DNA of 55,430 bases from the IMG/VR virus record IMGVR_UViG_3300038520_000575, positions 1 to 55,430 of that record. One strand, 5' to 3'. Origin of the DNA: a virus. Taxonomy: Duplodnaviria > Caudoviricetes. The position numbers and the translations under genes are program-made. Below the pieces are notes generated by a model. That model worked only from the letters and a program-made list of their open reading frames with translations, ran no database searches and was not told where the DNA came from. Position 1 is the stretch's first letter, and the number at the start of each line of letters is the position of its first letter. Positions 7,842 through 18,044 of the stretch are shown here, one piece after another.

Positions 7842-9762
7842 CATGTTACCCACAACGTATCAGCAGTTTATACATAAGTCCCGCTATGCTCGTTGGCTAG
7901 AGTCTAGTCAGCGTAGAGAGAACTGGAGCGAAACAGTAGAACGTTACGTCGAGTTTATGGATGGACACACAAGCACAAAACACAACTTCACGTTGCCTCA
8001 GAAGGACAGGAACGATATACTAGAAGGTATTCTTAATTTAGATGTCATGCCTTCTATGAGGGCTATGATGACGGCAGGGACAGCGTTAGCTCGTGATAAC
8101 ATTTGTGGATATAATTGTTCTTATATTCCTGTTGATAGTCCTCGTGCTTTTGATGAGTGTTGCTATATACTTATGTGTGGAACAGGAGTAGGCTTCAGCG
8201 TAGAGCGCGAGAACGTAGATAAACTACCAGTGATAAGCGACACATTCAGTAATTCGTACACTGTGATACAGGTAGCAGATAGTAAACCCGGATGGGCAAA
8301 AGCCTTGAAGGAACTCATTGCGTTACTCTATGCAGGAGAAGTTCCTGTGTGGGATACGTCTGAGGTTAGAGAAGCAGGCTCTCGCCTGAAGATTATGGGC
8401 GGTAGAGCATCAGGACCTCAGCCACTAGAAGACCTGTTCAGGTTCTGTGTAGAGGTGTTCAGCAAGGCTAGAGGCAGAAAGTTGTACCCTATCGAATGTC
8501 ACGACATCATGTGTAAGATAGGTGAGGTTGTCGTTGTCGGTGGTGTACGCAGGTCAGCCTTGATTAGTTTGTCGAACTTGAATGATGACCAGATGGCTCA
8601 TGCTAAGAGTGGTCAGTGGTGGGACAACGAACCACAACGCGCTCTAGCTAACAACAGTGTGGCATACAAGGGCAAGCCAGAGATAGGGACATTCATGCGT
8701 GAGTGGTTAGCCCTATATGATAGTAAGTCTGGTGAGCGTGGTATCTTCAATCGTGATGCAGCCGACAAACAAGTTGCGAAGAATGGCAGACGTGAGACAG
8801 GACACATGTGGGGTACTAACCCATGCTCAGAGATTATTCTGCGTCCTTATCAGTTCTGTAACCTTAGTGAGGTGGTCGTACGTGAGAATGATGACCTACA
8901 GAGCTTGAAGCGTAAGGTTCGTCTGGCAACAATATTAGGCACACTACAGTCAACACTAACTGATTTTAAATACTTGAGGAAGATATGGAAGGACAACACA
9001 GAAGAAGAACGATTGTTGGGAGTATCCTTAACCGGTATTATGGACCACTCCGTCTTATCAAAGAACGTAGACAGCGCAAAGTGGCTACAGGAGATGAAAG
9101 AAGAAGCAGTCCGTACAAACAAAGAGTATGCCCAGATGCTTGGAATCCCACAGAGCGTTGCCATTACTTGTGTAAAGCCGTCGGGTACTGTGTCTCAACT
9201 AGTGGACGCGGCTAGTGGTATCCACGCTAGACATAACGATTACTATATACGCACAGTGCGTGGGGATAACAAAGACCCGCTCACTCAGTTCTTAATGAAG
9301 CAGGGTGTTCCTGCCGAACCTGATGTGATGAAACCTAATTCTGTGACTGTGTTCAGCTTTGCTATGAAGTCACCACGCGGAGCAGTAACTCGTACTCAGC
9401 TCACAGCAATAGAACAGTTAGAGCTATGGAAGACGTACGCTCTACACTGGTGCGAACACAAGCCTAGTGTGACTATTACAGTGAAGGAACACGAGTGGAT
9501 GGAAGTAGGTGCGTGGGTGTATGAAAACTTCGATGTTGCATCAGGTGTGTCGTTCCTGCCACACTCTGACCATACATATCAGCAAGCTCCCTATCAGGAT
9601 ATAAACTCTGAGGAGTACGAGAAGTGGCAAGTAGCCCATAAAGATATCAAGATTGATTGGGAGAAACTTACTGACTTTGAGAAAGAGGATAACACCTCAG
9701 GTTCTCGTGAGTTAGCCTGTACTGCAGGAGTATGTGAAGTCGTGGACTTGAACGCAGGATGA
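7834..9762 (+). CDS. nrdJ: Class II (B12-dependent) ribonucleotide reductase, RTPR type
   Basis: YNCSY, GGVRRSA, TNPCSEI, CNLSE and CVKPSGT motifs, C-terminal CTAGVC; no beta-subunit gene nearby. Confidence 0.92.
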   Translation: MNNMLPTTYQQFIHKSRYARWLESSQRRENWSETVERYVEFMDGHTSTKHNFTLPQKDRNDILEGILNLDVMPSMRAMMTAGTALARDNICGYNCSYIPVDSPRAFDECCYILMCGTGVGFSVERENVDKLPVISDTFSNSYTVIQVADSKPGWAKALKELIALLYAGEVPVWDTSEVREAGSRLKIMGGRASGPQPLEDLFRFCVEVFSKARGRKLYPIECHDIMCKIGEVVVVGGVRRSALISLSNLNDDQMAHAKSGQWWDNEPQRALANNSVAYKGKPEIGTFMREWLALYDSKSGERGIFNRDAADKQVAKNGRRETGHMWGTNPCSEIILRPYQFCNLSEVVVRENDDLQSLKRKVRLATILGTLQSTLTDFKYLRKIWKDNTEEERLLGVSLTGIMDHSVLSKNVDSAKWLQEMKEEAVRTNKEYAQMLGIPQSVAITCVKPSGTVSQLVDAASGIHARHNDYYIRTVRGDNKDPLTQFLMKQGVPAEPDVMKPNSVTVFSFAMKSPRGAVTRTQLTAIEQLELWKTYALHWCEHKPSVTITVKEHEWMEVGAWVYENFDVASGVSFLPHSDHTYQQAPYQDINSEEYEKWQVAHKDIKIDWEKLTDFEKEDNTSGSRELACTAGVCEVVDLNAG

Positions 9763-9881
9763 TTATAGATTATACTCCAAACTGGTGGGAAGTAGGTATG
9801 ATTACAGCTATTAGTATCAATACTGTAATCAACCTCATAGTTTTCTTCAAACATAGATTTAGAGGTAAAGATGGAAAGTGA
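9759..9881 (+). CDS. Small membrane peptide (40 aa; not in ORF track)
   Basis: MIIDYTPNWWEVGMITAISINTVINLIVFFKHRFRGKDGK; ATGA overlap with the RNR stop; fills the gap. Confidence 0.55.
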   Translation: MIIDYTPNWWEVGMITAISINTVINLIVFFKHRFRGKDGK

Positions 9882-10110
9882 AGATAAGATATCAGTAGAC
9901 GGAAAAGAGTATCTCGTTGATTCTTTGACAGACCAACAGAAATATTTTCTTCTTCATGCTAGACTATTGGAAAAGAAAGTAAATGATGCTAGCATAGAAT
10001 TAGCACAATTACGGATGGCTAAGAGTGCATTTGCAGATAAACTCGTGGCAGAGTTGAGGGAGAAGGACAATGAGTCTACAACCGACAGTAAGCAACAGGA
10101 AGAAGTTTGA
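9871..10110 (+). CDS. Hypothetical coiled-coil protein
   Basis: GAGG SD; ISVDGKEY N-terminus followed by a helical segment. Confidence 0.7.
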   Translation: MESEDKISVDGKEYLVDSLTDQQKYFLLHARLLEKKVNDASIELAQLRMAKSAFADKLVAELREKDNESTTDSKQQEEV

Positions 10111-10489
10111 TATAGACTTGTGTTACGGCAAGGTTCGAGAGAAGCGTGTCGCTAACATGTTGCAGGACAAGAAGATAGAAGTGAAGTCAGAGCGTGACAT
10201 GTGGGCGCGTACTGGTAACATAGCTATTGAATATGAGTCCTATGGTAAACCCTCTGGTATATCAGCCACGGAATCAGATTACTGGTTTCATAACCTTTGT
10301 ATAGGTGATGATACGTTCGCAACGCTAGTGTTCGATGTCCCGTCACTAAAACGTATCATAGATAACCTAGACGAAAAACGCACCGTGTCGGGTGGGGACA
10401 ACGGTGCGTCTAAAATGTATCTTGTCAGTCTGCAGAAGTTGTTCTCTTCAGACGTTATAAAGGCTTACAAGAATGCCGAAAAAACCTAA
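10070..10489 (+). CDS. Hypothetical protein, possible restriction-endonuclease-like fold
   Basis: IEVKSE...TGNIAIE...PSGISATESDYW pattern. Confidence 0.6.
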   Translation: MSLQPTVSNRKKFDIDLCYGKVREKRVANMLQDKKIEVKSERDMWARTGNIAIEYESYGKPSGISATESDYWFHNLCIGDDTFATLVFDVPSLKRIIDNLDEKRTVSGGDNGASKMYLVSLQKLFSSDVIKAYKNAEKT

Positions 10490-10694
10490 AGCAGAACTGT
10501 TTACTTTTACCTGTAAACTAAATACAGATGGAAACGTAGAGCTAGAGTATAGTGCGGTTAATCCCGACGATTTTGCTAGGACAATGGAAAACAAGTTCCC
10601 TCAGTATGAAGGAACGTTTAAAGTGTCATCATTGATACGGTTTCTGAAGGAAACTGCAGATGATATTTTTAGCAAATCAGGAAGATATATATAA
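10473..10694 (+). CDS. Hypothetical protein
   Basis: ORF within the operon, coupled to the next gene. Confidence 0.6.
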   Translation: MPKKPKAELFTFTCKLNTDGNVELEYSAVNPDDFARTMENKFPQYEGTFKVSSLIRFLKETADDIFSKSGRYI

Positions 10695-10906
10695 TGTTTA
10701 CAACATTTATTATGGCATGTGCCATGCTCCAAGCCTCAGACGTAAAGTGTACTGAGTGGCGGGACGCTTTCGGACCTTATTCAGAATACTCCCAGTGTGT
10801 AGATAGAGCTTACGAAATGATGGAAAGCATAGATATGTACCTAGCAGTCCCATCAGGCATACCACATACGTACGGATTTAAGTGTGTGCAAACAGGAAGT
10901 ATCTAG
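10694..10906 (+). CDS. Small Cys-containing protein with signal-like N-terminus
   Basis: Hydrophobic N-terminus, four Cys; last gene of the + module. Confidence 0.6.
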   Translation: MFTTFIMACAMLQASDVKCTEWRDAFGPYSEYSQCVDRAYEMMESIDMYLAVPSGIPHTYGFKCVQTGSI

Positions 10907-11256
10907 GACTTCTTCTTCATGCTACCACCGTAGCGCATCTTCTTCATCATGCCACCGCCCATCATATTCTGCATACCCATGCCCCTCTGTGTGCGTGGTT
11001 GCATAGGTGCTGACATACCACCCATTGCCATTGGCTTACGTACAGACGAACCATAAGCGTAAGTCTTCATCATCTTACCACCCATGCCCATCTTCTTCAT
11101 TTCGCCACCGTGACCCATTTTTGGTTTCATCATACCGCCACCTGCCATTTTCTTAGCTCCTTTTTTGTTTCTTAGCATAGCAAAATCTTCTTTACCAATT
11201 TTGCCATCCTTGTTTGCATCTAATTTAGTTTGATTACCTTTTAGATTACCCTTCAT
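10903..11256 (-). CDS. Met/Gly/Lys-rich small protein with EF-hand-like loop and repeated MxxGG motifs
   Basis: DANKDGKIGKEDF; MAGGG, MGHGG, MGMGG, MAMGG, MMGGG, MRYGG. Confidence 0.7.
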   Translation of the reverse strand: MKGNLKGNQTKLDANKDGKIGKEDFAMLRNKKGAKKMAGGGMMKPKMGHGGEMKKMGMGGKMMKTYAYGSSVRKPMAMGGMSAPMQPRTQRGMGMQNMMGGGMMKKMRYGGSMKKKS

Positions 11257-14200
11257 CTTCTTCTTCTTCCTCTTCTAAATATAATTTAAAATAATCTTTT
11301 ACTACTTCTTCTTGTCCATATCTAGACACGTTATCTACAAGAAATCCTTTTATTAATGTATCGAACGTGTTTAAGTCAGCATCCGTAACAAGTTTAGGAT
11401 ACTTAAGTAATTTAACAATAATTCCTGCAGCATCTTCACTTTGTAATGCTAGCAACAAAGAGTCCTGATTCATTTTATTTAGGATTCTAATAGTTGCTTC
11501 TGTTCCTACATATAGAGGACTAACCATACCTCTGGCTATGTTGTAAGCTCTACTCAAAGCTTCATTAGCACTGATTCCTTTTGAAGAAGCAAACACTTGC
11601 CCTGCTAAATTGTTTATCTCTCGTTCTGCTAAATAGTCTACTATTTGTGTAAACTGTTCTATATGTTTCTGAGGTAAAACCTTTTCTAAATTTATCAGAA
11701 CATCCTCATTATAAAGTTCTTGTCTTAAAGCATTTATATTAGCAAATGTCGAAACTCTTATACTTTCTCCGTTCAACCCTTTTACAGGTTTCACTTGATA
11801 TTCTTCTAAAAACTCATCTACTTCTTTTACTATCTCTTCTGCACTAGCAGGACTATATGAAGTTCCTTCAGTAAGTGAACCTACAGGAGCTTGTATTTTT
11901 CTAGTTCTACTGGTTGATGAGAACTGTCCTTTCTGTAGCAGACTCTGGTATGTCATAGAAATAACAGCATTATCAAACATAGTCTGTATTTCATTTAGAG
12001 GGGTGTCTTTATTCTCAGGGATGCTTTTCATAACGTTTATGAATTTAGAACGTAATTCATCTATATCATATGTCCCTGAGATATACTTATCATAAAAATC
12101 CATAGGACTGTTGGTATTAGCAAGAATATTTAATTCTGCATTTACGGCTTCCTGTTTCTTATTCATTGTCTTCAGGTCAGCTTCTTTAGCACTAATTAAA
12201 TCTTCCAACTCTCTTACGAGTTTTACCCCCTCGTCATATAACTCGCCACCCCTTACGATTTCTTCAGCAATGTCATTCTCTTCAAGTATTAGTTCTTCAG
12301 GGTCAAACACACGGTACGGAACTTTAGCTCCTATGCGACGTTCAGGAGTCCCTACATCTACATCGTCGATAACAGTTATTACAAATCTTTCCTGTAAATC
12401 TTGTAGTTCATCTGTTACGGATTGTACAAAATTCAAACTTCTAGGGTCGCCAATTCTGTTACCTACTGTAGGTCTTTTCTTTAAAAACTCCGATGCCCAC
12501 GCATCGTAGACAGTAGCTTCTATTGCTTCCTTCATAAGAGTGACTGCTAATTGTCCTTTGGGTTCTCTTAAATCTATTTGTATCTCACCATTAACAGTTG
12601 GATGACCAAACAGGGTGCTTAATTCACCAAGTTTTGTAGTTATTAAATTTAGTTCTGTTTCTCTTCCTGCGCCCCCGCCCATTATTTTAGTGATTGATTT
12701 TCCTATTTCTGAGACAACTTCATAGGGAGCATCCTTAGGATTGCTGTACAGATGAGCATATGCACCCTCATCGTAACTCTTCTTAACACCCTCATCTGAG
12801 TTTAAAATCCGTGCTAACGGACTGCCCTGACGCATGGGGTCGTTTAGCTGTCCGTAATAATCTCTAGTATCTTCTAAAAATTCGTAACCCTCAGGGTCAC
12901 TATCTTCCATAACTTTATTTATTACTTTTTCAAATTCAAAATATTCTCTTGCCACTGCACGATTTGATGTTTTTCTACCGTAATCCCTAAAAGCTTTTCT
13001 AAACTCTTCAGCTTCTTCTATATTTGCATTCCTAAATATATTATAACCGCTCTTATGTAATAGAAGACCAAAAGATGTAGGGTCTGTATCATATAACTCA
13101 GTTAGCTCTTCTACATCGATACCCTGAGTTCCTAACTGTTGAAGCATGGCATCAAATTCTCCGGGTTCTAACTTATTTATCCCTCTCTGAACCATTCTTT
13201 CAAACATTTTTCTTGATTTTCTACCGAGGTATCCACTAAAGAAAGTAGATTTAGAACCAAAGAAAGCACCTATGTCCTTATCAGTTTCTTCAGCTAATTC
13301 TAACATGTAATCCACTGTTCCTGACAAATCTATTAAGGGTCTTTGGTCGCTAGTATCCGCTACGAATTTTCTAAACCCATCATACGCGGCATCCATTTCT
13401 TCTACTAAAGCGTTGTTTCTGTGGAAAACAACAGCCTCTAAAGCACTTGCAGTATATTTACTGTGTAAAGCTTTATTATTACGTACTGTCTTTATAAATT
13501 GAAATCTACGTAAAAGTGCCTTCTCAATTTCCTGAGTTGCTTGTCTTTGTATCGCAATATCTACAGCTACTTTTTCAAAATCAAATACAGTCTGAGATTC
13601 TGCTCCTGTGCGTTTTGACAAATATTGTTTTGCAGATGTATAGTTTTCAAAAAATGAATCATCAAGTTTAACAGTAGGGTCTTCTACCACACTACGCATC
13701 ATTCCTGTTAAGTTTTCTCTTAGTTTGTTATATTCTACATCAAGCATGTTTTGTGCTTCAATCATGCCTTTTCTAGTATTCTGTAATAACTCTCTAGATG
13801 CGGCTAAACTTCTAGGATTACCAAACTTCATTGCGTGTTCTTCAAATTTTTTAAAAAGAGCCTCTGTTCTACCTAACTTACGTTGGGCTTGCCTATGAGA
13901 TTCTATCATAGACTGTATGCCCCCCTTCTTATGTAATTTTAAGTCAGCGTTTCTTGTTGCGCTTTGATATGCCGCCATAGCCTGTGGCAGTCCTATTGTT
14001 TCGGCAAATGATTCAGAGAGCATTGCTCTTGCTGCTTCTCTCTCAGCACCTCTTTTAAACATACTCAAAAGTTGTTCTTGAATTATATCCTGTTCATTTA
14101 ACCTGTTTAACAATATGTCCCTGTCTTCAGGTTTCATCTTATCAATTTGCCTAAAAGCCATTGCAACTTTACGTTTCTCAGCATACGGCATCCTTTGTCC

Positions 14201-15997
14201 CATGCGAGGCATATAATATAATCTTTCATAATCAGAAACAGTAGTATCGGCTTGAGTCAGTTTAGCCATTAAAGGACTAAGCAGGTTTTCTCTTGCACCT
14301 CTAAATCCCGGAACAAAGGTGTCTGATAATTTAGCCGCTCCCGACGCAGTGCCTCTCCTAGCAACACCCACTAAACCAAATAGAGGATTAGTAATTGCAG
14401 TCCTTCCTCCAGTTACTTCAAGACCTATTCCACCAAGCACACCGAATATTTCTGCAGTGTCTGCGTCCATTCCAAACATCCCATCAAGCATGTTTCTTGC
14501 TGCAACTCCTGTAGTTGCTATGGTAATCTCTCCAGCTATCACGTCTCTAAAGTAAGGACTTATTACATTAGCAGTATAGCTTCTGCGAACACTTCTTCTA
14601 AGATTTATAATTTTACTTTCTAAACGTTGGTAGTCTAAACTTTCTCTTCCACTTGTCTTAGCAAGTTCGTCAAGTTGAAGAACTAAGCGGTCTGCCTCTT
14701 CAGTAGCCGCTTTTCTTTGAGTCTGCAAACCTAAATTAAAATCTCCTAACTTTAAAAGCTCAGTGCGAAATCTGTCTTTCTTCCTATCTCTCATCAACTC
14801 TTTTCTTATCATTTCTACTGGTTGATTGATAGATATATTTTTTGCTTTAGCCTGTCTCAGTAATCTTTTGACTTCTTCTATAGACCTTTTATTTCTACTT
14901 TTAGCAAATGCTCCGCCAAATGCTAGCCCTTCAGCAACTAACACAGCAACTTGCGGTACTAAACCAAGTTGATTCATAGCTTCACTAATAGCAGTGTATG
15001 CTACGTCTGCAGATATAAGTTCTCTGTCTACTTTACTTCCGTCTATTCCTATTTGTGATATTAAATCTTCATATATTGCTTTATTTATAGTAGGGTCTTT
15101 TGAAAAAACATTATTTTCAAAATCAGATTTTGCCCTATCCTTTATTCTATTTTGTAGGGTAATTACTGCAGTAGAATCAATTCCTGCAAATTTAAATATA
15201 TTTGCAACGGATTCCATTGTAGCTTCCTGTGTAGCTTGTCTTTCTGGTTGTAATTCTGTCCAAGCATCACTAAAAGGTATTCCTAATTTTCTTGACCTTG
15301 CAATCGCGTTAGTTAAACCCACTCCAGCATTTGCCACGTACCCCGGAAGATTTAACAATCCTCTAGCAGATTCAGTCATACGAGTTGCGAGTACATCTCC
15401 CATTCTACCTGTGCTAAACTCATCCACAAAAAATTGAGCTACGTAAGTATCTATGTCTTTTCTACCTGTGCTTATTTTTGGTGCTATGGCATCATACAGA
15501 GCTTTTCTACCCTCTGCATATATTCGTGCATTGTCTTGAAAATCAGCATTAACGTGGTCTACAGATATATCACCCTTTACATTCGTAAATGCAATCTCAG
15601 GCGCATCAGGAATGCGACCAGCTTCCTGTCTTTTTATAAACGCATTGTGAGTAGCTATTCTAGCCACAAGCTTACTTTTAGCTCCACCAACGTTATTCTT
15701 AATTCTATCCAGTTGCTGTTGTCTAATATTAGGAACACCCGGGTGTAATTTTGAGTCTTGCCCTCTAGCACTCTTAAAAGAAATTGTATTACCCGCCTGT
15801 AGTTCTTCTAACACTTTCTCTAGTGTTAAGTCTGGTGTGGGTTGTATAGATTGTGTAACTTCTTCTGTTATGTCCTTTTCTGGTACAGATATAAAAGGAG
15901 CTTGTGTGCTTAACTGAACCTCACGACTAGTTAAGTTCGCTTTAGGTTGTGGTTCTGTTATAACAGGATTTTGTATTTCTTCAGCCATGTCTGTCAA
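11246..15997 (-). CDS. Large internal virion / ejection protein
   Basis: 1583 aa, helical, with Gly/Ala hydrophobic segments; last large gene of the podovirus structural module. Confidence 0.65.
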   Translation of the reverse strand: MTDMAEEIQNPVITEPQPKANLTSREVQLSTQAPFISVPEKDITEEVTQSIQPTPDLTLEKVLEELQAGNTISFKSARGQDSKLHPGVPNIRQQQLDRIKNNVGGAKSKLVARIATHNAFIKRQEAGRIPDAPEIAFTNVKGDISVDHVNADFQDNARIYAEGRKALYDAIAPKISTGRKDIDTYVAQFFVDEFSTGRMGDVLATRMTESARGLLNLPGYVANAGVGLTNAIARSRKLGIPFSDAWTELQPERQATQEATMESVANIFKFAGIDSTAVITLQNRIKDRAKSDFENNVFSKDPTINKAIYEDLISQIGIDGSKVDRELISADVAYTAISEAMNQLGLVPQVAVLVAEGLAFGGAFAKSRNKRSIEEVKRLLRQAKAKNISINQPVEMIRKELMRDRKKDRFRTELLKLGDFNLGLQTQRKAATEEADRLVLQLDELAKTSGRESLDYQRLESKIINLRRSVRRSYTANVISPYFRDVIAGEITIATTGVAARNMLDGMFGMDADTAEIFGVLGGIGLEVTGGRTAITNPLFGLVGVARRGTASGAAKLSDTFVPGFRGARENLLSPLMAKLTQADTTVSDYERLYYMPRMGQRMPYAEKRKVAMAFRQIDKMKPEDRDILLNRLNEQDIIQEQLLSMFKRGAEREAARAMLSESFAETIGLPQAMAAYQSATRNADLKLHKKGGIQSMIESHRQAQRKLGRTEALFKKFEEHAMKFGNPRSLAASRELLQNTRKGMIEAQNMLDVEYNKLRENLTGMMRSVVEDPTVKLDDSFFENYTSAKQYLSKRTGAESQTVFDFEKVAVDIAIQRQATQEIEKALLRRFQFIKTVRNNKALHSKYTASALEAVVFHRNNALVEEMDAAYDGFRKFVADTSDQRPLIDLSGTVDYMLELAEETDKDIGAFFGSKSTFFSGYLGRKSRKMFERMVQRGINKLEPGEFDAMLQQLGTQGIDVEELTELYDTDPTSFGLLLHKSGYNIFRNANIEEAEEFRKAFRDYGRKTSNRAVAREYFEFEKVINKVMEDSDPEGYEFLEDTRDYYGQLNDPMRQGSPLARILNSDEGVKKSYDEGAYAHLYSNPKDAPYEVVSEIGKSITKIMGGGAGRETELNLITTKLGELSTLFGHPTVNGEIQIDLREPKGQLAVTLMKEAIEATVYDAWASEFLKKRPTVGNRIGDPRSLNFVQSVTDELQDLQERFVITVIDDVDVGTPERRIGAKVPYRVFDPEELILEENDIAEEIVRGGELYDEGVKLVRELEDLISAKEADLKTMNKKQEAVNAELNILANTNSPMDFYDKYISGTYDIDELRSKFINVMKSIPENKDTPLNEIQTMFDNAVISMTYQSLLQKGQFSSTSRTRKIQAPVGSLTEGTSYSPASAEEIVKEVDEFLEEYQVKPVKGLNGESIRVSTFANINALRQELYNEDVLINLEKVLPQKHIEQFTQIVDYLAEREINNLAGQVFASSKGISANEALSRAYNIARGMVSPLYVGTEATIRILNKMNQDSLLLALQSEDAAGIIVKLLKYPKLVTDADLNTFDTLIKGFLVDNVSRYGQEEVVKDYFKLYLEEEEEEDEG

Positions 15998-16010
15998 TCA
16001 CTCTCATCTA

Positions 16011-18044
16011 CTAGCTGTCATCATCAGGGTCGACAAATGAAAAACTAGGATTAACCATAGTGTTACCGGGATTATTTGGGTCAGGATAGTTAAATATATT
16101 ATCTATTTCATCTGATGTCATTTGTTTATTATCAAGATAATAATTGCCATCCTTATTGTTGAAATAGACTGGTCTACTAACACCATCCGTACCCCTGAAA
16201 CTTCCTACAAGTTCTCCAAAATTTGCTGTTGTTTGTGCCGTTGCTTGTTGCGTTGCTCGATTTTGTCTTCTTAAAACTCTTCGTCTATTAATAATTTTCT
16301 TCCGTAAATCTATAGCATCTAAAAACCTTAAATCCTCAGAAGTTATACTTGACTTAGTCATAAGGTTTCGGATGTCAGTAAATTCTTTATCACGGTTTTC
16401 AAATTCTTCTATAATCATATTTATCTTATCAACAGCGGCATCTGTGGATACAAATATTCCTTCACCACCTAATCTTCTTAACTGTATTGCAAAGTCTTGG
16501 TCAGATAATCTTCCTGAGGGGTCAACAGCACGAGCCATCTTTGCGGCTAGGGTTAAACGTAAAGCATCTATTTCATTAAGAGTTTGCAGTCTTCTTTTTC
16601 CAAGAATTTCTTCTGCTTTTTCATATAGAGTATTTGTAGTAGTACCATCCTCAACGACTAAATTTTCTTGAAATAAATCAAACGTACCGTTTGTATTGTC
16701 TCCTGTAAATACACTACCTAGCTGAGTTATTTGTGACGCAAATCCTGCAAAAAGTTTCATGCCGAATGCAGTTAATCCTTCTGCGCCTGCTATGGCTGTC
16801 TTATCACGCAGGCTGTATAGCATCGTCAGGGCTTCTTGGTTTGCTTGGTCTTGTTCAAAAAACTCTGCAGGTTTATGACCTCTGGTTTCAGCCACTTCTC
16901 TACCTGTCATACTTTTAGCAATCGTAGGTAAGCTATCCTTATATATAGCAAATTCGCTAGGGGGTATTAGGGTAAATAAAGCTCTTTGTATAGCTCCTAT
17001 ATCTTCATCGCTGTAGTCAAGTCTCTCTGTTCCTTTTCCTATTGAGTTTATAACTCTCATAATTGCATTAAGTTTTTGAGGTCCGATAGCCCCTTCTAAG
17101 TTTATAAACTCTTCTGCTTGAACATTCGCTAACTTACTACCATCTATCAAAGCATTTAACTTATCAGGGTCACTTAACAATGTCATGTCGGTTTTATTTG
17201 CATCCTTACCGTATGTTAGATTATCAACATTAACAAAGACATCCCTTGGCCCCATACCGTATATATTTCCTAGAGCAGTTATAGCCTCAACAGAAGAACC
17301 TTGTTTTGTAAATTCACTAATAGGAGCATGAAAACCTCTAACTCCTCCTTCATCCCCTTCTATCCTTTCCATAGGTATGAAAAATCTCATTTCATCAGCA
17401 TTTTCTGACGCATCAGCCACATACTCTGGAGCTACATTATATTTAGATTTTGGAATGATACCTAATGTTTTAGCAAAATCTCCAAACTCTATAAAATTTT
17501 CTGTATAATCGTGATATGAGTCGCCAACAAACAATCCGTTCTTATCGTAACTATTATGTTTATAAAATAATAAATTATAATTTTTGTAAGCGTTGTTCAC
17601 CTCATCAGTCAATGCACCCTTAAATGATGGATTAGATTCTATCTCTGACAGCACTGCACCTCTATTGTCTCTTAAATATCTGTTAAACTGCATCATAGTG
17701 TTAGTGCCTTTTCCAAAGTCACTAAAATCAAAAGTAAATGGTAGCTTGTACTCACCAGCAATAATTGTTACATCTTCGTCTTCTTCATCCTCTATTTTAT
17801 TACTAAATGAATATATATCAGATTGCGGTAATCCTGAGACACTTAGCTCATTTAATTGGGATAATGCGGATGCGTTTTCGCCCGTTAAAAATCCTTTTGT
17901 GTGTAAATCGGCTATAAGCGTTCCACTTAACTTTTTATTCTCAGCATCTCTTTCTCTTTGAGCTACTCTAGCATCGTTCTTTTCACGAGCTATTGTCATA
18001 GATTCTTGAAACATGCCCGTCATAAATGGTACAACATTAAACAT
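16011..18044 (-). CDS. Putative internal virion protein
   Basis: 677 aa; DPSGRLSDQD motif of the type seen in podovirus ejection proteins; gene position. Confidence 0.55.
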   Translation of the reverse strand: MFNVVPFMTGMFQESMTIAREKNDARVAQRERDAENKKLSGTLIADLHTKGFLTGENASALSQLNELSVSGLPQSDIYSFSNKIEDEEDEDVTIIAGEYKLPFTFDFSDFGKGTNTMMQFNRYLRDNRGAVLSEIESNPSFKGALTDEVNNAYKNYNLLFYKHNSYDKNGLFVGDSYHDYTENFIEFGDFAKTLGIIPKSKYNVAPEYVADASENADEMRFFIPMERIEGDEGGVRGFHAPISEFTKQGSSVEAITALGNIYGMGPRDVFVNVDNLTYGKDANKTDMTLLSDPDKLNALIDGSKLANVQAEEFINLEGAIGPQKLNAIMRVINSIGKGTERLDYSDEDIGAIQRALFTLIPPSEFAIYKDSLPTIAKSMTGREVAETRGHKPAEFFEQDQANQEALTMLYSLRDKTAIAGAEGLTAFGMKLFAGFASQITQLGSVFTGDNTNGTFDLFQENLVVEDGTTTNTLYEKAEEILGKRRLQTLNEIDALRLTLAAKMARAVDPSGRLSDQDFAIQLRRLGGEGIFVSTDAAVDKINMIIEEFENRDKEFTDIRNLMTKSSITSEDLRFLDAIDLRKKIINRRRVLRRQNRATQQATAQTTANFGELVGSFRGTDGVSRPVYFNNKDGNYYLDNKQMTSDEIDNIFNYPDPNNPGNTMVNPSFSFVDPDDDS

